Shown piece after piece: positions 1 to 12,429 of a stretch of 64,000 nucleotides of DNA. How positions within the stretch are numbered: the stretch's first letter is position 1; each line of letters opens with the position of its first letter. The notes under the pieces were generated by a model that saw nothing but the letters and a program-made list of their open reading frames with translations, did not search any database and was not told the DNA's origin. The stretch is from Eledone cirrhosa (lineage: Eukaryota), in assembly GCA_964016885.1 (NCBI GenBank), contig OZ024740.1, forward strand, positions 369,830,001 through 369,894,000, read 5' to 3'. A program made the translations under genes and the position numbers.

Positions 1-1080
1 AAAAATTAAGAAAAATGAGAGAATGAAAAATATAAAGGGATAAATAAATAAATAAGTGAGAGCTTGTAAGTACATAGTAGTAGTTTTTAAGTAAGTGTTC
101 TTATAAGGATTCCCTGGTGGGAAACTAGATTCGAGATGTACATAGATACGTGTAGAGGGTCCGATAAAAGAGATAATAAATTAGAGATTAATTGCTGGAT
201 GTATGTATGATATTTATGGGCTAGGGATGATGGGACATTTGATAAACGCTTGTTGTAAATGTTTTGCTGATTGTTCTATTTTAATGGGGTTGATGTTGTT
301 TCAGTGAGAGAGGGTGAAAGAAATGTTCAGAGATTTATGATCCAGTGCCTAGTTGGGCGTTTGATAGCTAATAGCAGTGCGATGGTGTGTATTATGTATG
401 TAAAATCTCTCTACACGTATCTATGTACATCTCGAATCTAGTTTCCCACCAACGAATCCTTATAAGAACACTTATTGAAAAACTACTACTATGTACTTAC
501 AAGCTCTCATTTATTTATTGTTCTCTTTATATTATCTATTCTCTCATTTTCTTACTTTTTTATATAACCTATCTTATATTCTACTTTTACTTTTTACATC
601 TATAACTTCTCTACCTATTTACCATACATGTATTATTATTGATGTTATTGTTTAGATTATACGCTATTTTATTATTGATGTTATTGTTTTAATTATACGA
701 TATTTTTCTATATAAGTCTTGCCTCAAGTGATTTACCTTCACATCTACATACTCTGATGTGTTGACCATAGGTGAATAATGTATTGGAGATCGAATAACG
801 CAACACCAAGCGATTAGCGAACTCTAGACCCACATGATCAACGAAACAATTGTTAGTACTTTAAATATAGCCATTATTGTGCAGCCAACCATGTTACTCT
901 TCATTCTTTCACTATTATTCCTCCAAGTATAACCTGCATATCAATTACCGCGAACTCGCTGCATAACTATGGAAGCATCTTGTTGAGTCGAAAAAAAGCC
1001 GGACGTTAAAACTATCCACGACGGAGAGTACTCAAAAACTCTAACTGGATTACCTATAAAGATAACTTGTTATCCCATAT
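1..1080 (+). mobile_element. Decayed Penelope-like element terminus: inverted repeat, T-rich UTR, hammerhead-like motif and ORF-start remnant
   Basis: 1-157 is the reverse complement of 409-560. HHR-like motif at 750-858. 880-1080 is homologous to the reverse complement of 31651-31850, which also follows an HHR-like motif. Confidence 0.6.
750..858 (+). ncRNA. Type I hammerhead-like motif with long stem II (core CTGATGT, A9 changed)
   Basis: TACT-CTGATGT-GTTGA...TCAAC-GAAA-CAATTG-TT-AGTA. Stem I TACT/AGTA, palindromic stem III ACAATTGT. Confidence 0.55.
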
Positions 1081-1986
1081 TTATATATATGTGTGTGTGT
1101 GTATGTATGTTTATATATATATATGTTTATATATATATATGTGTGTTATATATATATATATGTATGTTTATATATATATATGTGTATGCGTGTGTATGCT
1201 TGTATATATGTGTGTATGGGTATGTATGTGTACGTGTGTGTGTATATATATATATATATTTGTGTGTTTATGCGTATATACACGTGCGCGTATGTATAGA
1301 GCTTTTTCTTTTTTTGTGTTTTTGTGTTTGTATGTATGTTTATATGTGTGCGTACACACCCTTTTCATATGTGTGCGTGTGTATTCGTGTGTAGATTTTT
1401 GAGTGCATATATATATGTGTGTATATGTATGCGTATGTATTTATGTCCCTGTTCGTATTTCTATGTAGACGCATATACGCTTATGTGAGAGAGTATACGT
1501 CTACGTATTATTACGTATATGCGCGTAGTTGAGTGTATGTATGTTTATGTTCTGGATATTTATTTTTTTATATATATATATTTTTTATATTTTTTCCCCT
1601 ATTTCCTTTTCGCCCGTTTATCAGCCTCACTTTCATATTTCCTAAATGTTGTTTTCAAATCTATATTTAATAAAAAGACCATGTTATTTATTCATTCTGC
1701 CGACTGACGACAGACGCAACATCTGCCTTCAAGAAACGACTGGTAAATTAAATACTTATCTGATGTTGTTTATTATATAACTATATATATATATATACAT
1801 TTTCAATGGTAGTTGAGTTGCCACATTTTACTTGTTAAATGTAAACAGATTTATAAAAATTCAGGCTTATATACACCTGGTGAACCAACACTAGCTATTA
1901 TAATTATTTCATTTGTATGCTTCATTTTTCTTTATATATAGAAACAATTATTCTTTATATATATATATATATATATATATATTTGG

Positions 1987-2697
1987 TTTACGCGACTCAC
2001 TTGTCCCAATAGCATTTTTTAGTTATTGCTCGCACCAACCTGAGGTATATGATTTTTAATGCGATGAAATACCAATGATGGTTGGCAAATCACTGACGTG
2101 GGACTAATTTCCTATTATGTAACCCATGTGCAACCACGCAGTATTCCTCTTTCTTCTCGTGTTTTTTATACATATTTACCTAGGGTGCGTTTGTCTGTTT
2201 CTCTCTTTCTCTCTTACTGCTACCCCGTTCTCTCTGTTTCTCTCACCTTCTTTCGCTCCCTCTGTCAGTTACACTTTCTCTCGTTTGACCTCTTCCTCGC
2301 ACTTCCACTCACTCACTCTCTGTTTCTCCCCTTCTCACTTCCTCCCATTTGGTTAATAGTGGGGTCCTTTCTTGCTCACATCTCACTCACGCCGGACGGT
2401 CTGTATTCTGATCGCTCATGAAATTCACCTAGCTTATGCTGACCGGATAACCATGTTGCTTGTTTTTTTTCCTATCTTCGGTTTGCTTTTATCCTTCTAT
2501 GTTGTTTACTTGTCTCACTCGCTTTACGCGACTCACTTGTCCCAATAGTTTTTTCTAGTTATTGCTCGTACCAACCTGAGGTATATGATTTTTAATGCGA
2601 TGAAATACCAATGATGGTTGGCAAATCACTGACGAGGGACTAATTTTATAATATGTAACCCATGTGCAACCACGCAGTATTCCTCTTTCTTCTCATG

Positions 2698-2705
<8 letters not shown>
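1987..2705. repeat. ~180-bp direct repeats 536 bp apart, between (TA)n tracts (pseudo-LTR-like)
   Basis: 1987-2170 recurs at 2523-2705 with few differences. Confidence 0.75.
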
Positions 2706-2788
<83 letters not shown>

Positions 2789-3743
2789 TTATTTATATAC
2801 ATATATATATATATATTATATATATATTTATATATGTACAAGAGTAATTAGTGGAGAGAAGATTAGAAACCTGCGAATAAGAAAAACAGATTCATCCAAG
2901 ATGTAATCCATCGGGTAAACTAATCCAATATTTTGTACGAGAGAATTAATAGTAAAATGTACGAAAACAATTTTTCGAACGAATTCACAACACATTTGTT
3001 TGTGTTATGCCCGTTTCTACAGATGAATTTATAGTAAAGATATTGTTAGTTAACAATTCATATGTGATAAGTTTCTCCTAAATCTATGTACTATTTATAA
3101 TTATTTCGCCAAAAGAAAGTTTTGCTGCCTTTATTAATTGTTCTTCATTGTTTCATTAGAGACTTTAACGATAGATAATAATATACATCATATTCAGGAG
3201 AGGCTAACTTCATAAGGAGTAAAGATCCGGATTTATTTATGTCATATTGATAATAGAAGAGTATACCCGTGATAAACTGTCCATTAAAATAGGTGGAACT
3301 TTGGATATAAGATTAAAAGTATAATATTGTAAAAGTAATTATTTTAGAAAAATGAAAATTAAAGAAAAGAAAGAAAAAGGCAGTAACTCTTAGCTTGTGG
3401 GTATAATATAGTGAAGAAGAAAGAAAGAAGATGGTGAGGGTGATAGGGTAAAAATGATATTTTCATAAAAGGTCGTACAGGAGGATAGATAGATCAACAT
3501 TAATAATGTAAGTACCAAGAGTGAAGAAAAGTGAATTTTTTTATAAGCAATAAACAGAGAAAAAAAAAATGAAACTTAATATTAAAGTAATGTTTAATTG
3601 TAGTTTACATTAATAAAAGAACGTCTAGCAAAATAAATAAATGTAGCATAAAAGACATTAGTCAAGAAATATTGGGAATTGATATAATTGAAACTAATAC
3701 AGAAATATATAAAGAAACAAAATATGCATACATCCATCCAAAA

Positions 3744-3943
3744 NNNNNNNNNNNNNNNNNNNNNNNNNNNNNNNNNNNNNNNNNNNNNNNNNNNNNNNNN
3801 NNNNNNNNNNNNNNNNNNNNNNNNNNNNNNNNNNNNNNNNNNNNNNNNNNNNNNNNNNNNNNNNNNNNNNNNNNNNNNNNNNNNNNNNNNNNNNNNNNNN
3901 NNNNNNNNNNNNNNNNNNNNNNNNNNNNNNNNNNNNNNNNNNN
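3744..3943. other. Assembly gap (200 N)
   Basis: Run of N. Confidence 1.
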
Positions 3944-4064
3944 AAATATAATGTATTTCGCAATACACTTCATGCTTAATTAAAAGCATTTTGAAGACCG
4001 TAAGCTATTGTTTTAAAGTAGTGACAAATTCACTCACTTCGATCTCAGCAAACAGGAGGAGATA

Positions 4065-4108
4065 AGCCGACATGACATGTTTCGCTTTTGTTGAAGCTTA
4101 TCAAGGCC
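4065..4108 (-). ncRNA. Type I hammerhead ribozyme, U3-A8 variant (minus-strand copy)
   Basis: Exact reverse complement of 4914-4957. Confidence 0.75.
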
Positions 4109-4913
4109 AACTACCCCGCCCGTCTGCTGAGATCAATGATGTTATATTCTTATAGAAATCTAGTAAATAATCAGGAGCTGATTATGCAGAGCGGTTGTTG
4201 GTCAGGCAGAAATTAAAAATTAGAATTGTAGCTCTGAAATAGCAATATATATATGGATGTAAATATAATGTATTTTGCAATACACTTTATGCTTAATTAA
4301 AAGCATTTTGAAGACCGTAAGCTATTGTTTTAAAGTAGTGACAAATTCACTCACTTCGATCTCAGCAAACAGGAGGAGATAAGCCGACATGACATGTTTC
4401 GCTTTTGTTGAAGCTTATCAAGCTTATCAAGCTTATCAAACAATAGCTTACGGTCTTCAAAATGCTTTTAATTAAGCAACTCTAAATTTTAATTTCTGCC
4501 TGACCAACAACCGCTCTGCATAATCAGCTCCTGATTATTTACTAGATTTCTATAAGAATATAACATCATTGATCTCAGCAGACGGGCGGGCTAGTTGGCC
4601 TTGATAAGCTTCAACAAAAGCGAAACATGTCATGTGGGCTTATCTCCTCCTGTTTGCTGAGATCGAAGTGAGTGAATTTGTCACTACTTTAAAACAATAG
4701 CTTACGGTCTTCAAAATGCTTTTAATTAAGCATAAAGTGTATTGCAAAATACATTATATTTACATCCATATATATATTGCTATTTCAGAGCTACAATTCT
4801 AATTTTTAATTTCTGCCTGACCAACAACCGCTCTGCATAATCAGCTCCTGATTATTTACTAGATTTCTATAAGAATATAACATCATTGATCTCAGCAGAC
4901 GGGCGGGGTAGTT

Positions 4914-4957
4914 GGCCTTGATAAGCTTCAACAAAAGCGAAACATGTCATGTCGGCT
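4914..4957 (+). ncRNA. Type I hammerhead ribozyme, U3-A8 core variant, GUC cleavage site
   Basis: GGCC-TTGATAA-GCTT caacaa AAGC-GAAA-CATGTCATG-TC-GGCT. Stem I extends ~25 bp further (GATCTCAGCA.../...TGCTGAGATC). Confidence 0.75.
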
Positions 4958-5139
4958 TATCTCCTCCTGTTTGCTGAGATCGAAGTGAGTGAATTTGTCA
5001 CTACTTTAAAACAATAGCTTACGGTCTTCAAAATGCTTTTAATTAAGCATAAAGTGTATTGCAAAATACATTATATTTACATCCATATATATATTGCTAT
5101 TTCAGAGCTACAATTCTAATTTTTATATATATATATATT

Positions 5140-5820
5140 AGTATTGGTGCTCTGAAATACCGATATATATATGAATGTATATATAGTGTATTTTGCAATA
5201 CACTGTATACTTAATTAAAAGCATTTCGAAGACCTTACGCTATTGTTTTAGAGTAGTGACAGTCTCACTTACTTTAAATTTTCAGCAAACAGGGGAGATA
5301 AAGTTGACAGAGCTCTGTTTTGTAATTTTTGGTACTTATCAAAGCTAACTACTCCACCTGTTTGTTGAAAATCAAATGTTTGATTCTTATAGAATTCTAG
5401 TAATAATCAGGAACTGATTATACAGAGCGGTTGCCGGTCAAGCAGAAATTGAAAATTAGAATTGATGCTCTGAAATAGCGATATATATATGAATGTATAT
5501 ATAGTGTTTGCTGAAAATGTAAAGTAAGTGAGACTGTCACTGCTCTAAAACAAAAGCGTAAGGTCTTCGAAGTGCTTTTAATTAAGTATACATTGTATTG
5601 CAAAATACACTATATATACATTCATATATATATCGCTATTTCAGAGCACCAATGCTAATTTTCAAACAGAGCTCTGTCAGCTTTATCTCCTCTGTTTGCT
5701 GAAAATTTAAAGTAAGTGAGACTGTCACTACTCTAAAACAATAGCGTAAGGTCTTCGAAATGCTTTAAATTAAGCATTCAGTGTATTGCAAAATACACTA
5801 TAGATACATTCATATATATA
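5140..5820. repeat. Diverged sister family of the 317-bp repeat, also inverted and rearranged
   Basis: Clear similarity to 3944-5124. Minus-strand HHR remnant at 5302-5346 (TTGATAA core, GAAA changed to AAAA, stem III ACAGAGCTCTGT). Confidence 0.75.
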
Positions 5821-6028
5821 TATACAAGAATGATACAGTTGCGAAAAAACCGGTTCAAGATTACACACCAGTTAATATTACATAGACGAACGTGTTCAAT
5901 ACCATTTGTAGTAATGTAGATGTAAAGAAGCAAGAAAAGTGGGATGACAAGTAATGAACTTACAGGAAGATGGTAAATACCGACTCTTAAGGCATATATA
6001 AATCGGTTTCGGGCCAACAAGAAATATA

Positions 6029-6394
6029 CATGATGGCTGCCCCCTCATTATCAAGTATGGCCAATTCCACGATATAACATTATTAATAATTATCAATTAA
6101 TGCTGTCATGCAATGCCTGTGCGTGAAGATTTTTTTAAAGGAAGGACTGCGCACTGAGCCAATCCCACTCTCTGAGCAACTGTAGCTATAACCCGAAAAG
6201 CAGAAAGGGTCAACATCATCGATAGCTATTGAGCCGCAGGTTTTATATCGGAGTTATTCCAGTTTACTGAGTTGCCTCCTCCTAGAAAAATGCCCTGACA
6301 AAGGCTAGGGGTCCTTCACTCCCAGTGGTTTAACCGCGCGATCTGGTTCCAGCCCGATTACTTCTATGTCCCCGGGCATATACATACACATGCA

Positions 6395-6478
<84 letters not shown>

Positions 6479-7662
6479 TATATGATGGCTGCCCCCTCGT
6501 TATAGAGTATGGCCATTGCCACGATATGCCAATATCAATACTTATTAATTAATTCTATCGTGGAATGTCTGTGTGTGAAGATTTTTATTTAAGTGAGAAA
6601 AGACTGTGCACTGAGCCAATTCCACTCTCTGAGCGACGGTCGATATAACCCGAACAGAAGAAAAGATCAACATCATCGGTAACTACTAAGCCGCAGGTAT
6701 TATATCGGAGTTATCCCAGTTTCGTGAGTTGCCTTCTAGAAGAATGCCCTGGCAAGGGCTAGGGGTCTTTCACTCCCAGTGGTTTAACCGCGCGATCGGG
6801 TGTCCAGCCCAACTATTTCTATGTCCCCGCGCATACACATACACATGCACCCATGCATACACACATATATATACATATGTACATGAGTATATACATATTT
6901 ACGCACTTTTGGATGGCCGTTGTCTTTTATGAGTTCTTCCTCCCTTCGTCGGGTTTTGTTTTTTGTCCCGCAGGGTGTCCCAAATCACACTCCTCACCAA
7001 GTAAACTTGGTGGGGTTGCCGGTTTACTCTCGGACGACCCGACCACCCGACCATGCGACAGGTTTTTACTGGGTTACATGTTACCAGTAGCACTCAAGAG
7101 TTACGCCTATACGTACATACATACTTACATACATGATGGCTGCGCCCTCGTTATCGAGTATGGTCATTGCACGATATACCATTATTAATAATTATTCATT
7201 CTATCGTGCAATGCCTGTGCGTGAATATGTTTTTAAAGTGAGGAAAGACCGTGTACTTAGCCAATCCCACTCTCTGAGCGACAGTAGCTATAACCCGAAA
7301 AGAAGAAAAGATCAACATCACCGGTAACTACTGAGCCGCAGGTTTTATATCGGAGTTATCCCAGTTTCCTCAGTTGCCTTCTCCTAGAAGAATGCCCTGA
7401 CAAAGGCTAGGGGTCCTTCATTCCCAGTGGTTTAGCCGCGCGGTGCATATGTATATACATATTTACACACTTTCGGATGGCCGTTGACTCATATGAATTC
7501 TTCCGCCCTTTGTCATGTTTTCTTTTTTGTCCTACTAGGTGTCCAATATCATCCCCGTCCGCAAGTAAACTTGGTGGGGTTGACGGTTTAATCACCGACA
7601 ACCCAACCATGCGACACGTTGTACTGGGTTACATGTTACCAGTAGCAGTCAAGAGTGACCCG
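6029..7662 (-). mobile_element. Cluster of two interleaved non-coding repeats (3 x ~350 bp, 2 x ~200 bp) separated by (TA)n/(CATA)n
   Basis: Copies at 6029-6380, 6483-6832, 7133-7443 and at 6903-7108, 7467-7662. The minus-strand CTAGCC...CTAGGAGAAGGCAACT motif is reminiscent of RTE-type LINE UTRs (tentative). Confidence 0.6.
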
Positions 7663-7689
7663 ACATACATACATACATGCACTTTCATT

Positions 7690-8216
7690 GGTTATTTTGT
7701 CAGAAATCTGGATTCAAAATGGAGGAGAAACGGTATCAACATGAACCGGAGAATCTAATTGAGAATGACAAAGCAAAAATATTGTGGGAACTGACTGTGC
7801 AAACCAACAAAGCTATTGGACACTGGAGACCTGACATTGTCGCGATTGAAAAAGAGGCGAAAGGGTACTAGATAATTGACGGCGCAAACGCTATGGATCA
7901 GAGAATTGAATAGAAAGTGTCGGCAAAGATAAGGAACTATTCAAAGTTGGGTGTAGAAACAGCTAGGTTGTGGAATCTATCAGGAAAGGTGATTCCTATT
8001 CTTATTGGTGCACATTTATCGATACCAAAGAAATTAGAAGAACCTGGAATACAACTTAACATTTCCTGTTTGAAAATACCAGCTTTTCTTGGCTCAGCCC
8101 ATATCCTATGGAAGGTCCTGGCTATCTGAGGCCGTCAGACTTGATGGTCGGTTTGTTTACATCTCTATGGTAAAAACCATTATAGATAAACGAAATAATA
8201 ATAATTATAATAATAA
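7690..8216 (+). mobile_element. R4/Dong-type non-LTR retrotransposon 3' end (restriction-like endonuclease remnant)
   Basis: YQHEPENLIENDKAKILW...RPDIV...IID...KIRNY...VIPILIGA...LGSAHILWKVL with internal stops. Ends at a (TAA)n tract, the known Dong target. Confidence 0.85.
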
Positions 8217-8322
8217 TGACAAAGCCCCTATAAATGCCAACATAGGCAAGAAGCTTTTACATTCATGTTCAGGCCTACAATTACATAGAAATACACAGCA
8301 ATACAAAAAATTGTCATTGAAA

Positions 8323-8438
8323 GTGGACGGCCATATCACGCTGAAAACATCGGTTCTTGCCTAATCCGTGTATAACAACGTCGAGCCAAGGTAATACTTA
8401 GATGGGTGATCGCTTATGAAACCTAATTGCCATAAGCA
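8323..8438 (+). pseudogene. 5S rRNA pseudogene
   Basis: ACGGCCATATCACGCTGAAAACATCGGTTCT...CAACGTCGAGCC...TACTTAGATGGGTGATCGC matches metazoan 5S, with many substitutions and no oligo-T terminator. Confidence 0.85.
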
Positions 8439-8659
8439 TCCTCTTTAGTCACATATAATTAAATATGAATTTTAGTGGAAAATTACATGCAAATATTAAG
8501 TATCAAATTACTATGTAAATAAAATATAGATTAAAATAAAAAATATAAAATGAAATTTAAAATATAAAATACAAATGAATAATAAGTGTAAAATTATAAG
8601 ATATGGATTAATAAAGCAAACCAAGGCATCAAATACATTCCGTTTTAAAGACTCAGGCT

Positions 8660-9620
8660 TAGAATAGACAAGACCTTTGCAGAATTACGTTATACGAATT
8701 GTACTGAAAACGATAATTAGTATGAAGAAGATAATAAATTTAATACATTGTTTTGCAATTCTCTCAAAATATACAATGGAACTGGTCTATTTAAGTATAT
8801 ATATCTTATTAAAGAAATATTAGCATGCCTTTTGGAGACAAGTTAAAATAAATTCTTATTAAATGATTTAGATACAGATATTTAAATCATCAACGGTCTA
8901 GTTAAACATAATCTGCATTCAACTCTACCATCTTTATAAGGTTTTAATTTGTTACTGATAGGCCATTGTAGATTGTCTCTAGATTTCGATTTACGTAATT
9001 CGAGATGCACTAAAGAAGTCAAATCCTTCGTAATTTTATTCTTAAATGCACATAAACGTGAATTATTAAAACGTTAGTTGCCGCATCAATGTAGGAATTA
9101 ATTATATTAATATTGTGCTTGTATATATGATATTTTCCCAAATAAATTTACCATTAAGTGGGCATTTATTTGGTACTCTAGAATTGCATTCAGAATTAAC
9201 CTTAATGATATTGTTATATATAATAGGTTCATTATCTGTTGGGTATAATTATGGAGATTAGAATTAGATTCAGCATTAGCATTTCACAGGATATTCAGAT
9301 TATTGATTTCATTAACTAAATCATTTGTTGGGCTAATTGAGATATGTATGTTTCTCTTTATATTAAGTTCATCCATGTGCATATCAATTTTCCTATGGTT
9401 ATTGAAGTTAAATAATCAGCTGTGTATTGTGTATTAGAGAAAGAAAGTTTCAAGTTATTTTGTATTTATTACCCTGTTATGTTTATAGTTTGAAGGGGAA
9501 TCTTTATCTATAATATAAAGAATAGCTTTGGTATATTAGGTGCTATGTAGACTTCATAAAGAATGTTATACCAGGTAATTGTTGTTGTTTTATAAATCTA
9601 GCGTTTCACTAATTTTAACA
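8660..9620 (-). mobile_element. Highly decayed Naiad-type Penelope-like element (linker + GIY-YIG)
   Basis: Minus-strand remnants ITWYN...NIPKLF, ECNSRVPNKCPLNG and YIDAATN match the motifs of the copy at 29714-30538. Confidence 0.6.
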
Positions 9621-11649
9621 GTTCATAGAAAATCAGGATATTCTACACTTATTTATATGACCTTGTGAGAACCAAGTTGATGCTCAGTAGATCATATATT
9701 GTCTCTGATTCTGACACGTGTTTCGATACATTACATAATATCAATCAAAGGCCTATGAAATATATATATTTCATCATTTTCATTAAATAGACATCAGATA
9801 CTGTTGGCATTGTTGAATATATAACTGCATCGAACTACCGAAGCTTGTTTTAAAATGTTAATAATATGATGCTGAATATACAAGGAAGAATGTAACTGTA
9901 AATGTTGTAGTGTTAGATCCCGAAAGCATAAAACAGTGGTTCCTCTCGCTTCTACAAAGATGCATATATCGTAGGTCAGAATTGTTGCTGTAGACGAAAT
10001 GCAAAGTGGTTTAATGTATTTCCTTATGTTATATTTAGTCATTGACGTATGTACATAAATGTAAGAGAAACCACATATAGGTATACTTTATCATAATGTT
10101 TTCTCTGGGAAACATGTGAAAATTCTTATCAGATTATTTATGAGCCTTATTCAAGAACGCGCATTACGGATTTATTGATCACCAATACTACGCTATTGAT
10201 TCGTAGTAATCGTAATATTTTCACAATTTCTAGAGAGATTATTGTTGCAAATATTGAAACTGGATATAGATAGCTATAAAATTGTTATGCTTTTCGTTTC
10301 TTTGAGAGTATAATGTCTACTTTTCCTACATACGTAGTAAATAATTCAAGTACTAGATATTTAATGGAATGTTCACGTACTCTAAACATACTGAACTTGA
10401 GTCTAAATTAAAAACCATTAATATATCCAAGGCGTGCATTGTCAGAATCATGAGAGCTACAAATGACGTAACTTAAGATACTTGACGCTGACCATTACAC
10501 CCTATGCTAAAATTCGGAAGGTATCGCCTTTTCACGTATCGGGGTTGATTTAATTGATTATTTCCAAACATTTGTGGTCTTTAGCCTATATTATAAACAA
10601 TTATTATAAGTAGTGTATCTGATATAAACGAATGAAAAAAATACATCAAGAAATCTGGGACGCCACATGCTGCAAAGTATTCTCTGCTTCCAAACTTTTG
10701 CAACGAATCCGAACAACGCTGTCCATAATGTAGAAGCGAAGAAGAAAGCTAAATAGCGAAACCAAACCGATCGTTTTCTTTTCAGCTGGATACCGTTTTC
10801 ATCAATCTTGGAACTGCCGTTTTTTTCGTAATCGGTAGTAGTGCATCAAGCCTGAGGAAGGAGCCCTGTGGGGTAGAATGGCTGATGCAGTGAGTTTCGT
10901 TGACTCTTCTTTGTGACCACGCCTTCGCCATATTGTATGGTGACATAAGGCCTAAACTAGGTTGTAGGATTTGCGGCTCTCTACGGTTTCGTTAATTTTG
11001 TTGTATATTTTCTTTCTATATTTTATCGTTTTTTTTATGTATTATCATTTCCATGAATACATTTTCTGTTACACATTCATTTATTGTATGTATTGACAGC
11101 AAAAAAATTCTAAAATAGCACGTACACATCCATTCATTGTGTATTTTACTCTTGTTTATGTCTATCGAAGCGTATAAATGTGAATTCACAATTTCATGAT
11201 ATAAGCCATGATGCCACGAAAGATATTTCAAATTGAATGTGAGACTATGAACGTTTAGACTTGCGCCTATTAAGACAAAAACATAAAGCTACCCTTTTGC
11301 TACAACATTACTATTTAGCTATGTTTTGAAGTCTTTGAAGGAGGCAGAAAGATAATTCTTTATTTGGGAATGTTAATGTCGAGTAAACAAAATATTAATT
11401 ATCTGTCTTTATGTTATTGACATTTGTTCACGGATCAAAGAGCAATTCAGCTCCTGATAGATTTAAATCTAGCGGCAGAAAAATTAAATTCTACGTTGAA
11501 TTTTTTCTGTCCTGTCTATTTCTAATACATTTATCTTGCATAGCCCTGGGCATGTAATTTCATTACAGAGACATCGTTAGAAGATAACGTAAAGATGCGG
11601 AGTCATCAAAAGAACACACACACCCATATATATATATATATAAAACACA

Positions 11650-12423
11650 GCCCAAACGGCGCATAATGGGAAAATACTTTGAATGGGAGTTGCGCCTGAA
11701 ATGGGAATAAAAATGGAATTAAGCAAGTTTCGGGTAAATCGGAGCACGGCTTCCCGAGGTACGAGTTTGTTCCAGGTACCTTCAGAAATAGAGAGAGAAA
11801 GAGATAGTGATTGTGATATGGAAGACTAAAAGAGAGACATATTTATAGAGAGAAAGAGACGGAGAAGTAAAATGGAAGAGAGAAAAAGAGAGAGCTAGTA
11901 CGCACACATATATATATATATATATATGGGCCTTCCAATTTTATTTTACATTATATAAATATCTGTGTACATTTTAATTATTCAAAAATTAATTTTAAGT
12001 GAACATGATGAACGTGATTTTTTAAAAGTATTTTTAAGTGAACGTGACCCAACGGGTTACGGGTGGTCTTCTATACTATTAAAGCTCTGTGATTGTGACC
12101 TTTCTATAATTTAATAGACAAAACGGCGCATATTGGGAAAATACTTTGAAAGGAAGTTGCCCCTGAAATGGGAATACAAATGGAATAAACAAGATTCGCG
12201 TGAATCGGAGCACAGAATCCCGAGATACAGGGTTTTCTCCGGGTACCTTCATAAATATAGAGAGATAAAGATAGAGAGAAAGAGATAGTGGTTGTGAGAG
12301 AGGAGATTAAAAGAGAGACACGTCTGTGTATATCTTAATTATTAAAAAATTATTTTTAAGTGAACATTAATTATTTTTTATATTTTTAAGTGAACGTGAC
12401 CCAACGGGTTGCAGGTGGTCTAG
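11650..12423 (+). mobile_element. Non-autonomous Helitron-like element, two tandem units
   Basis: Units start at 11654 and 12121. The 3' hairpin GTGACCC-AAC-GGGTTGC is followed by CTAG (12420-12423) and then T. Confidence 0.65.
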
Positions 12424-12429
12424 TGTACA

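Larger units (their letters stand above)
3944..5124. repeat. 317-bp hammerhead-bearing repeat, tandem copies on both sides of an inversion (retrozyme-like)
   Basis: Minus-orientation units at 3944-4436 and plus-orientation units at ~4437-5124. Cores at 4601 and 4918 are 317 bp apart. Confidence 0.85.

Noticed and set aside
1067-1402. ORFs rich in YI/CV/RE/HT/LS repeats here and throughout the window
   Set aside because: Translations of (TA)n, (TG)n, (AG)n and (CATA)n microsatellites, not genes.
1700-1750. CTGACGA...GAAAC hammerhead-like motif
   Set aside because: Stems I and III do not pair convincingly; at best an eroded remnant.
3594-3989. ORFs spanning X runs
   Set aside because: Artefacts of the 200-N gap.
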